A stretch of DNA of 63,722 nt, the filler included, from Diploschistes diacapsis (taxonomy: Eukaryota): assembly GCA_023645945.1 (NCBI GenBank). It is 12 parts of 12 records of this genome, joined end to end, with 100 filler letters (N's around TTAATTAATTAA, not from the genome) between each part and the next. Parts side by side here need not be neighbours in the genome. Positions count along the whole stretch, not along the records: positions 50,110 to 53,443 come from JALAIB010001950.1; positions 53,544 to 56,872 come from JALAIB010001951.1; positions 56,973 to 60,298 come from JALAIB010001952.1; positions 60,399 to 63,722 come from JALAIB010001953.1; 8 more parts are not named here. One strand, given 5' to 3'. Every line of letters begins with the position of its first letter. The stretch's first letter is position 1. Positions 53,338-63,722 of the stretch are shown here, one piece after another. The position numbers were made by a program, and so were the translations under genes. A model generated the notes under the pieces. That model was not told where the DNA came from. It saw only the letters and a list, made by a program, of their open reading frames with translations, and searched no databases.

Positions 53338-53443
53338 TAGGCTGGCCGTCACTGACACTGACACGGCCGTGTCAGTGTCAGTGTTTTAGATTTTTTAGCT
53401 GCGGTGTCCGTGTCCGTGGATTCACGGAAGTGCAGTGTCCGTA
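53338..53443 (+). mobile_element. hAT-like end (third copy)
   Basis: TAGGCTGGCCGT followed by the palindrome CACTGACACTGACACGGCCGTGTCAGTGTCAGTG. Confidence 0.6.
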
Positions 53444-53543
53444 NNNNNNNNNNNNNNNNNNNNNNNNNNNNNNNNNNNNNNNNNNNNTTAATTAATTAAN
53501 NNNNNNNNNNNNNNNNNNNNNNNNNNNNNNNNNNNNNNNNNNN

Positions 53544-53703
53544 GTTCAATGTGCACTTTTTACATATGATAGATAATTGGTGGAAAAGTAATATTATGAA
53601 AAAAAAAATAACGATTAATTTCGAAGAATTATTGAAGATTTAAACTATTTGTTGGCAAAAGTGGCCGGAATCTGGGGGTGGCCGGAATCCCCGTGAAACA
53701 CGT
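53544..53703 (-). mobile_element. Fot1/pogo-type element end, same family as 53051
   Basis: Ends AAACACGT|TA with internal GTGGCCGGAATC x2. Confidence 0.7.
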
Positions 53704-54128
53704 TACCTCAGATTATTAAAAAATATAAAAATATTAAAATAGTTCCGAAAGAAAGGTTGATTATTTTAAACAAACTTCTTAACGTTAGCGTCGTCGACGC
53801 TGACGATTAAATATAATTAAATAAATCTATGGGATTAAATATAGCTACTATTCGATCTATAGGGCTTTAAATTAATCACTTTTGAAGATATTTCACTTTC
53901 AATATTTACTATTGTAGTTTTGCTATTATATCACGTATTCGGTTACTAGGGTCTGTTCGGGTACTAAGGTCACGACTTTACCAGTTTGGAAGTTTGCTAC
54001 TTTAAGCACAAACAGAACTCTATTAATTAAGCGGGAATTTAACGCCATTAACATGGAATCCGCTAAGGACCGGGCTTATAAGTCAAATTAAGTTGCCTGC
54101 AAACTATGAGCGCCATTTTGCCGAGTGC

Positions 54129-55483
54129 TCAATAGCCCTTCACCCTTCGAGACTTCCCAAGTCGTCTAGTGCTTGTACTATGAGCCTTCATTTTCCGGGC
54201 GGAAAACGCACCCAAGTCACCACTTGAAATTGCGTCTCCACTCTTCATGAAACGCTTTTTGCCACCGTACCCGAACTTCTCATCCTTCCTTTGCCGCTTG
54301 GCTCGCAAGCTTCTCCCTGACTTGATCTTCTCTAGCTCTGCGTGTGACCGAGAGCTCCCTTGCTGGTCGATTACAATATCGAAAATGTCATTCTCGCCTT
54401 GGTTATTGAGGTCCGCACCTCTGCGTTCTATATAACTCGTTAGTTCAAGTGCTTACCGTGTTCCTAACGTAGGTTCACTTCTCTTCAACTGATTAATCTT
54501 CTCTAGCGTCTCGCGCTTAACGCGATCTCGCTCCTGAAGCTTGGCTGTCTGCACCTGCTTCCCAAACTTCTTCAAAGCCCTTTGTCTCCGTGCTTCAAGT
54601 GCGGCCTTTTTGCTGGCCGCGTCTTCCATTATTTGGACCTTAATTTTCTCCATATGCTCGTCACTCTTAACCATTTCAGCAAAGAAGTCAATTGGACGTG
54701 TGAAATGAAAGCCCTCTGCGGTAAGCATCTGCCGTGCCTCAACTGATGCATCGAGGGCCTGCTTGTAGAACGCTAGCTCGCGATTCAAGTCGTCGTGAAC
54801 ATTGGGTATCAGCGTTTGGACAGCTGAATCAACTGTCTGATGTGCTGAAAAAGGTTCAGAGGAGAGCGCAGTAATAGACTTGTGAGCCTTTGTTAAAGCC
54901 GTGGTATGATTTATGGTGAGCTTCTGATATGCGATTATGTCATCATCGCCCTCGCCATCCAAATCCCATTCAACATCAGATAGGGGAACTTCTCCTGCCT
55001 GTTCTGTTTGCTCCTTCACCCCCGACGCATCTTCCTCATCAAGGCTCGACTCATCCACCAGGTCTTGTTCTGGGTGTCTCGGAGAGTCTAGACAGACAGC
55101 AGGTATGATGGTGGATTGCGTGACGTCCCTATAGTCAGTTTTAATGCCTGTATATAGTAAGGTCTACGTTGCCTCAACGTGGTTGAAGGTTATATGCGGA
55201 CCATTGTTCTCCTATACCGAGAAAGGTCCAATTATTAGTGAAATCACTCAAGCATACTTGAAAAACGATGATGAAGACGTTGCGATGGAGATAGAAACCA
55301 TAGTTGAATTACCTTTGCAAGAGGATTATCTTCATCGTTGTTATAATTCCGCTCTACATTTTTAGCCTCTTTCACGGCTACTCGTTTCCGGGCTAATCTT
55401 TGCATTGTGCGTTGCCGCTTTCTGTCAACATTTCGGGCCTCATGCACATCAAGCGCCGTTAAAAGCTTGCCTCTTCTTGACAT
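54129..55483 (-). CDS. EBP2: rRNA-processing protein Ebp2 (spliced)
   Basis: DDLNRELAFYKQAL, FTRPIDFFAEMVKSDEHMEKIK, LKKFGKQVQ, KRQRKDEKFGYGGKKRF and RLGKSRR. First-intron boundaries are ambiguous. Confidence 0.92.
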
Positions 55484-55939
55484 GCTATGTGGGGGATAAA
55501 GAATATAACGACCCTAATACACATGTGAGCGAGGGACTGCCAGAGAAGATTTCGGGAAAGACGTACTTTCAGTAGATGATCATGTAAGCTAGCGGGGAAA
55601 AGGCATGCACAAGATTGCCTCAGGACCAACCCAATAGCTGCGCCAGAGCCTTTCTGGTTAGCGGATGCTGACAAATAAGTTAGCTCCTCTAGAGTCTGAA
55701 GACGAAAAGGAACAAGACCTTCACTTACGAAGTTTAAACCATTTTATACCACTTTACGCTAATTCCTAAGCGAAGCGCAGGACTATAGTTGCAGATTAGT
55801 GTGTTTATGGGCGTAGAAAAAACCGTAGATAAGAAATTAACTCCGAAAGTATCAGTTAAGGGTTTGATTGGCCGAAATGAATTTTAACGGGTTTGATTGG
55901 CCGAACTGAATTGAACTATTACGTGGCATCTTTTTTTGC

Positions 55940-56872
55940 ATTTACTTGCTTTTAAACCTATTGCTTCCGTATTTACTACTTTCAAAACCTATTGCTTTCG
56001 AATTTACTACTTTCGAATCCAAATTTACTGCTGTCGCACCTACTGCTTTCAAAATCTATTGCTTTTAAACCTACTGCTTTCGAATTTACTGCTTTCGTAT
56101 CTACTAACTTTAGCACTTACTGCTTTCGAATCTACCTACTTTCGAAATCTACTGCTTTCGAATTTATTGCTTTTAAACCTACTGTTTCGCATCCACCACT
56201 TTCGTATCTACTGCTTTCAAAAGCTATTGCTTTCGAACCTACTGCTTTTGAATCTATTGCTTTCGCACCTACTGCTTTCGCATTTACTGCTTTCGCATTT
56301 ACTGCTTTCGTAACTGTTGCTTTCGAACCTACTGCTTTTAAACCTACTGCTTCTGAATCTACTGTTTTCAAATCTATTACTTTTGAACCTACTGCTTTCG
56401 TATCTACTACTTTCGTACCTACTATTTTTAAATCTATTGCTTATAAACCTACTACTTTCGAACCTATTGCTTTTGAACTTACTGCTTTCGAACCTACTGC
56501 TTTTAAACCTACTGCTTTCGAACCTACTGCTTTCGCATCTATTACTTTCGCACCCACTGCTTTCGAATCTATTACTTTTATACTTACTACTTTCGAATCT
56601 ATTACTTTCGAATTTACTGCTTCCGCACCTATTACTTTTAAAACCTATTACTTTCGAACCTATTACTTTCGAATCTACTGCTTTCGAATCTACTGCTTTC
56701 GCAGTTACTACTTTTAAACCTATTACTTTCGCATTTATTGCTTTCATATCTCCTGCTTTCGCACCTACTGCTTTCGAATTTATTACTTTCGAATCTATTA
56801 CTTTCGTATCTTCTGCTTTCGTATTTACTTTCGAAGTTATTATTTTCGTATTTACTTTCGAAGTTATTATTT
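55940..56872. repeat. 15-bp minisatellite (consensus about CTACTGCTTTCGAAY), roughly 60 units, runs into contig end
   Basis: Visible 15-nt periodicity gives pentapeptide ORFs in several frames (PTAFE / LLLSN / KAVDS). Variation is mostly transitions. Confidence 0.92.
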
Positions 56873-56972
56873 NNNNNNNNNNNNNNNNNNNNNNNNNNNN
56901 NNNNNNNNNNNNNNNNTTAATTAATTAANNNNNNNNNNNNNNNNNNNNNNNNNNNNNNNNNNNNNNNNNNNN

Positions 56973-59900
56973 GTATAAAAATTTATAAATACCGTCCGTA
57001 AGCTTTTAGTCTTTTGTTTAAATTTATTTATTCGTGACTACTTTTTGAACCGAAGGCGAATCGATGTCTTTAAATTTATTTATAATACGTCGAAACGGTT
57101 TTATTAACGAGTCGCTGCGTTATGTTAACGTCGATACCGGTAGCTCTTCGTCGCGTTTAATTGCGTTCAGCGGGTCATTTATCGAAATTATCGAAAGTGA
57201 AATTAGTATTAAGCTCGGGATAAGCGGCTTAATAAATAGTGCGGAGGTTATCGAGCGCGAATGTAACTTCCGGCGAAACGAAGTAATTTAGAATGAAAAT
57301 TAATTTTCGGTATTGAATATTGCTCGGCTGACGATCTAATAATATTCTCGATATTTGTTTTATATATCTTCTAAATTATTTCTTCTACCGCGCTAGCAAC
57401 GATTTTAAAGGTAAATTATGATGACGGGTTAATTACCTCCCACGATATATACAGCAGAGGAGAGATCAAATGATTAAATTATCGTTGTATTAATTAACGT
57501 AAGTGTTATAATTGACTTTTCTTAGATATAAGAACAGTCCCTTTTCTCGTCATAATTTAATAACTCATTTTAGAATTTCCGATCAATAAAAATAACTTTA
57601 CTCAAATTGAGGTTCGAATTCATCGTTATACCTATTAAAAATATCTTTTCGTACCTTGATCGCGACCACGATCTAAACTTCGTTCACGTTCATTTCGCTC
57701 ACGGTCCAATCTCTGTTCTAATCTTCATTTAAAATATCTCGTCTTTCTAGACAGACGTGAAGGCCGAACTTCCTTCTGTTTTAGATATTTTGGAAGTTAA
57801 TTAACTGCTCGAGAAGGTTGATAATAGTGTTATCTCGTTAGATATATTTCCAGATTGCGACTACTGTTGTTTATGTCCAGAGCTGTTATCCGAAACTTAT
57901 AGGATTGATAATAATGAATATTGTTTTAATTAAAACCTTTCTTCTTTTTTTAAAGATGAATTGAATGCTCTTTGTTTAAATTAACTGTTTTAATTTTTCT
58001 TTAACTTACTTCTTCGTTTCTTAACAATTTATCGACTTTAAGAGCTTCGTTATATTCGGAAATCAGACCCTATTTCCTACTTAATTTTAAAACGTATAAC
58101 CCGATCTACTTATAGTTTTAATAAATAAACAGTTTTAATATCTTATAAACCTAATTTGATTACGTTTTAAACATATTTATTTTCTTTATGATTATTGGTA
58201 CTGCGATCCCAGCCGGCTAAGATTATAATAATCTTGTTATTTTTGTTTAGAAAGTCCTGATTTATATCTAGTAAGTTTTAAGGTGAGCTGAATTGGCTTT
58301 ATGTAATTGCGTCTTGCTAACAATATTTCGCCTTAACCGTTCTGAATTCTCTTTTTCGTAAACGGCGTTCGGGTTTAGGAATAAATGGTTTAAGATTTGG
58401 AAACGTGTAAGAGATAATATTAAGATCTTTATAAACGATTATCAGAGGAACGGCATCAATATCCATATTATTAATTAGTTTTATTTCGAGATAATGCGAG
58501 GTTTATTACGTCGCTGATCCGGTACGGTATTATATTTCAGGCGTGAACGAGAAAGAACTTTAAGCTAGCTCGAAAATTACGTTCCTATAAATAACGATAA
58601 GGTTATTAAAGAATTATAAAGCACGCGATACGATTCGAGCGATACTAACGAGGAGTTTATTTAGGATAAACGTTCAAAGGATGACTAGAAGTTACCGAAA
58701 TTCTTATTTTAAATAGAAAGACTGCGGATTTATAAAGCCGGCGGTAAATTACTTTTATCTAAAAAATAGTTTTATTAATATCGTCTGGTACTTACGGTTC
58801 GGTTTTAATAAAAAGTTGTATTAAGATTAAACTAGAATATTGTATAAATAACATGTATTAATAAATGAGATCAAGTTTAATATATGTCCTTAATCTAATT
58901 CTATTTCTTAATTACTTTTATTTAATTATCGGTCAAAGTTCTAAAAGTGGCCTTGACGATAATTCTTAACGCCATTCTCCGTCATCATGGTTAAAGCAAG
59001 TGAAAAAGCCTATTATTGTTTTTACCGATCATAACTCTACGGTGCAGATCTCGGCAGACTTCTTTAATAATAGTATCAAATGAAAAGCTTAATCTTCGGT
59101 TTGTCCGCTGGTCCTACCGAATCATAGAACGGATCGGAAACCTTGCTTATAAATTAGATTTTCCTGCCCATTTCGGCTTTCATACGGTTATTAGTATCGC
59201 TTATTTGGAGCCTATACCTAAGAAAGATGACTTTTACTATCGCAGGTTGCGTTTTTAGTATTATATAACGTACGTTCTATTATAGCCTATGTTCTTAATA
59301 TAGCGAACGCTCTGTTATAACCTACGTTCCTAATATAACGTATATTTTGTTATAGCCTACGTCTTAAATATAACGTACGTTCTGATTTAACTTGCAGTTT
59401 ATTGCAGCTTGCGCGCATGCGTTAACTTCCTCGGTAACGTGTATTCATCTAAGTCTTTTTTATAGATCTGTTGGAAGCTGAAAGGTCGTAAATTTTGAGG
59501 TGAAGTATTGATATACTGTTGATTTTATTTCTATAGTCTTTAAATTGGGTTGGTCTGGTTGAAAAAATACTACATTTCTTTTTCTTTTGTATTCGGATTA
59601 ATAGTAGTAACGTGGATGAATCGCAACGTATATCATCGCTTTATCTTAAATCTTAGTAGCTGTTGTTGAAACGCCCGAAATGTTAAGGTGCAAAAGATAG
59701 CAAACTCCGGAACAATTCTAGATCAATTACTTCACAAACTAGGTTTCGTTTAAAAGTTGTATAGTTTATTATGACCCAAGGTCGCCTCCATTCACTCCAA
59801 TAAAACGGAATTATAGAAACATATACGGGCTCTTAGCTCGCTTTTATAACCGATAAATGCGAGAAGGAAAATTTTGTCGTAATAATATTTTTAATAAATT

Positions 59901-60298
59901 TCTTGCATCTTTCTGCGTAAGATAAACGAAAAGTATATTAGTGACAGTATTCACGAATTCCGTAGAGTTTTAAAGAACCACGAACTACCGTTTAATATCG
60001 AATAATTAAGACGGTCGAGCGCTAGCTTTGTTAAAAGATTTTTTCTTGATGCCGGAAGAGAAGTGAAAGAAGTATGGTCTGATATTTAAGGCTTTTAATC
60101 TTATAAGAATCAAGACGTTTAATAGTTACATCGCCGTTTATCTTTATAATCGTTATAGAATTTGCGAGGACCTTATCGCTTTTCGATGCAGTCATATAAA
60201 GGTTAGTATAACAGATTTAATCAAAGGATGCCCTATAGCTATTAATAATAGTACAATTTTTATATTATAGCTAGGAACTTTCCAACTTAGAATTCCTA
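56973..60298. repeat. Contig of RIP-degraded transposon fragments
   Basis: AT-rich and stop-rich throughout. Includes a Gypsy integrase fragment and a ~39-bp tandem repeat at about 59260-59385. Confidence 0.7.
59070..59258 (+). mobile_element. Ty3/Gypsy integrase C-terminal (GPF/Y) fragment
   Basis: KLNLRFV.WSYRIIERIGNLAYKLDFPAHFGFHTVISIAYLEP matches the KL.PR..GPF.I.ERIG..AY.L.LP...HPV pattern. Confidence 0.75.
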
Positions 60299-60398
60299 NN
60301 NNNNNNNNNNNNNNNNNNNNNNNNNNNNNNNNNNNNNNNNNNTTAATTAATTAANNNNNNNNNNNNNNNNNNNNNNNNNNNNNNNNNNNNNNNNNNNN

Positions 60399-63152
60399 GC
60401 CCACCGCGCTTCCCACCGAGCTGCCCACCCCCTTCCCGCTCTCGGCCGCCATCTCGAGATAGCTCTTCCTGCCCTCCTCCACGCTCCTCCTCTCCTTCCC
60501 CTTGTCCTGCTCCTGGCCCTTCTCGTCCTTCGCGCCTGATACTTCCGCCGCCGCATCTGCGGCCACCGCGTCCGAGCTGGGCTTGGCCGCGCCGCCGAAG
60601 TGCGGCAAGGACGAAGGGATCGCGGACCGAGCGTAGCTCAGGTACGAGGACGACGATGGTGACGACGATGATGACTGTTTCTCTGCCGCGCCAGCCTGGC
60701 CTTCGGGTTTCACCTTGCCGTCCTTGCCGGCGTCTGTGGAACTCGAGTGCCACCAGTCGAGCCCGCGCTGCATGAGGGACTTGCGCGTCTGCTCGCGCAC
60801 CGCAGCTTCCATGCTCTCCGCTTCCGCCGAGGCGGCGGCTTGGATGGCGGAAGACCCGTCGTCGTCTTGTTTCTTGCCCCCTTGTTCTGCTGCGGCGCCT
60901 TGTTCGCTGTGCTTGCTTTCTGCCTTCTCGCCGCCTGCGCCGAGCTTGGACCGGCCCGGGATGTTCTTGGGGATTTTCTTCTTCATCTCCTCCGCCCGCT
61001 TCCTCTCCTCCTCCAGCATCTGCTGGAACTCCTCTTCCTCGCGCCTGACCTCGATCAGGTCCAGCCCCTCGAATCCGATCTTCTTGAGAATGCTCCCCAC
61101 CAGGTACCGATACCGCAGGTGCCCGCTCACCGTCCCGCTGACGTCCACGTTCTCCACCCCCATCACGCCTTCGACCCGCTGCAGGCCCGCAACGCCGAGC
61201 TGGATGCTGCTTGTCCTGTACAAAAACCCGAGCACGTAGTCGTTGGAACTGAACACGTTCACCAGTCGCCCGCCCACCACGCTGCGCATCGCCCGCCAGT
61301 CCTTCGCCTCGGCCGGTATCGGGCTCCCAATCAACACCACGCTCTCCACAAGACCGAACTGCTTTCTCGCCGCAAGCTCCAGCAGGCACGCGTATATGAC
61401 TCGCGAGCCCAGCGAGTACCCCACAAGTGTTACGGGCCTCTCGCCCTGTGCTCGGTGCTGCAACGCATCCGCCAGCACGGCGCCGGCTTTCTCGGCACGG
61501 CTCTTGGCCACGGAAAAGGGGTTGTCGACCACGCGCGCTATCTGCAGCAGCCCAAGCGGCCACATGGCGGCCATCATGTCCGCGAATATGGAATGCGCGA
61601 TGATCTCCTTCTTCGCATAGCCCCATGCTGCCGAAGATACCATGGCGGTGATGGCGTTGCCCAAGTTCATCAAGGATTCGAGCTCCCAGCGCAGGGCGAA
61701 TACTTCGCTTGTGTCGTCTAATACGCGCCAAGGCGAGACAACTTCTTCTTTGGACGTGAGCCAGCCCGTGATGCCGATAGTCACCCTCAATCTTCTATTC
61801 TTGGCGTCTTGCTTGCCCGCTTCTTCCTCGCCTTCTTTCGATTTGGGGAGGCCGAAGAGTCGGTGTTTCCCGGATGCGTGTCGAACGGGTATGAAGCCAA
61901 AGTCCTCAACTTCTCTCGCGTATGCGTCCATCATCTGGCCCGTCATACGTCCGCCATAGGCACCGAAGAGACCCCCAACAACCAGCGTGCTTCCGGCCAC
62001 AGAACCAAGGTATCCAGCCGCAGCCGTTGCCCCAAGGCCGAGACCACCCATCACGGAGCCAACACCAGCAGCCACGAGGGGTGCAGCTAGGCCTCCTGTC
62101 ACACCGACGATAGCAGCCCCCGCCACGGTGGCTAGGCCCACTTTCCATTTTCTCGCGGTGGCATTTTCCGCGGTTCGTTTCTCGGTTTCAGATTTACCGG
62201 AGAGCTCCTTGGCAGCCTCGAGGAGGCCTTGGGCGGTTTTGGCTTCGTCTTCGTTCAGCGCTGAGACTGGCAGGTGCAGGGACGTGACAAGATACAAAAG
62301 CAAGATACGCGAGGGGGCAGCGTAGTGCTCGAGCGACAAAAGGATGAGGAGCATGGAGTGCAGGATCAGAATTCTCTTGCTTTCATCGAGTTGTGCCAGC
62401 GCCGTGTCGACAGGTGGACACAATTCCAAAAGCGCGTCTTGTGCGAGTTTGTGCGCCTCCTCATCTTCCGTCTTCGCGTCCGGCTTGGCCTTTTCCGCCT
62501 GTTTCTTTTCCCCCTCACCCTCACTCTCCCACGGACCCGAGTCTTCCGGGTCGATCTTCCGGTCGAGCTTGCCCTTCAGCTTCGGTCTGTGAGCAACAGC
62601 CCCTTCATCTCCAAGCTTCTCCCTTGCAATCTTCTTCTGGTGCAGCACCTCGCCCACCCGCGCAATCATCCTTTCTCTCCAGTGGTCGAACCACTCAAGT
62701 GCTGAACCCTTCAGTTCTTTCATCTTCGGTGCTGAAAGTTCCTTCTCTCTCGCCGCTAGCATCTTCCTCTCCTTATCGTGCGCTGCTACGTCGACCGTGC
62801 CCGGGTCGATGTTGGGGTTCATGATCTTCTCATCCTCAGTCATCTCGCCCTCTTTCCGGTCGGAAGAAGAGGATTGCTGGATGCTCGCCATATCGGACGA
62901 CATGTTCGCCTTCGCATCAAAGGTCGCCGAAAGCGAATCACGCATGTGAGCCGTGGCCGCGGCAAGAAGAATGGTGAGCTGTGTGCGCTGGGCGAGCGTG
63001 AGGATCGTGGTGAGGGATTCCTCGTAGTTATCACCATCTTTGCTTTGAGCTCTATGCTGTTCTTGCTGTTTTTGACTAGCTCTCTCCTCCTGTGAGACCC
63101 CCTTAGTCGACGGGCCACTGGAGCCCTTTGCGGAAGCTTGTTGTGAGGTCAT
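60399..63152 (-). CDS. DUF726 family protein (TMCO4/Mil1-like membrane alpha/beta-hydrolase fold), 3'-truncated at contig end
   Basis: Open frame of more than 900 aa with RKWKVGLATVAGAAIVGVTGGLAAP, ITGWL, FALRWE, VDNPF, GERPVTLVGYSLGSRVI, NVFSSNDYVLG and GHLRY. Confidence 0.92.
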
Positions 63153-63722
63153 CCTGAGAACCTATGATAGTGGCCTCGCCTTGGAGGACTGGATGGGGCA
63201 ATGCACCTTGAGAACCCAGAAATGGGTCGGTATCGCTCCTCAAGATCGGCAGAAGAGGGAATACAGGGATAGCATGAATGGGATGAAAGTTATTTGAAGC
63301 GCTGAGAAAGAACAAATGGGGTTTGCAAGAATGAGAACACGTTTCAGGGGAGGAAGAGAACAGTTCAACAATGAGAGTCAAATGTCGGCTCAGCTACAAT
63401 TGCATGGGGATGCTGATGCCTTTTCATAGTGTTGAAACTGCAGCAAACGAAAACACTCCGAGCACGATGATTGCGCATGGCGTCATAACGGTGTGCGGCC
63501 CATGCGGGGTTTCTGGCTTCTTCGTGGGAGGTGCTCCCGGATTCGCTCTTCCTTGGAAACAGCAGACCAGGCATACTGCCAGTGACTCTGTTATCGGAAG
63601 CGCCAAAGCAAGACTCGATAAACATGAAAACCTGATGCAAAATAACACGGATGATCATTCATGCCATGGCTGTACATCAAAGTTGCTGCAAGAATCAGTT
63701 ACCACCACCGCCGCCGCCACCA

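Noticed and set aside
53051..53703. Apparent complete MITE with long inverted repeats and TA TSDs
   Set aside because: The two halves are on different contigs joined by an artificial linker. They are better read as two independent ends of one family.
55936..56928. Leu-rich, PTAFE and ESSRF repeat ORFs as proteins; array as CRISPR-like
   Set aside because: These are by-products of a 15-bp tandem repeat open in several frames. There are no unique spacers, and the DNA is eukaryotic.
60343..62824. Several long overlapping ORFs (462, 324, 174 aa)
   Set aside because: Alternative-frame artefacts of the GC-rich DUF726 gene.

Overview
Filamentous ascomycete (Pezizomycotina-type) genomic DNA with short spliceosomal introns. 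The window is not contiguous. One 25.9-kb contig is followed by eleven ~3.3-kb contigs of non-increasing length, joined by artificial 100-nt N44-TTAATTAATTAA-N44 linkers, so adjacency across linkers means nothing. The long contig carries a housekeeping block (TAD2, complex I NUXM subunit, CSM3, SKI2, NMD5, AFG2-like AAA ATPase, SEC4, NCA2). That block is flanked by three decayed accessory genes: a SesB-like alpha/beta hydrolase, a DUF6601-like gene and a GH74 xyloglucanase. The small contigs hold a PTH11-like receptor, FCF2, PNP1, an NmrA-like gene, CDC40, ERV14, EBP2 and a DUF726 gene, plus RIP-degraded Copia, Gypsy, hAT-like and Fot1-like elements. The most interesting signals are non-coding: (1) a box C/D snoRNA in the long FCF2 intron whose D-box guide points at the large-subunit rRNA adenosine targeted by yeast snR63/human SNORD46; (2) a strongly base-paired 114-nt element of unknown class in the long SEC4 intron; (3) a 110-bp TG..CA fold-back element present twice with different 4-bp target-site duplications; (4) a ~60-copy 15-bp minisatellite; (5) a RIP-like mutation pattern that appears to spare CpG. 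I see no clear multi-gene novel system. All assignments come from motif recognition by eye; no searches were run.
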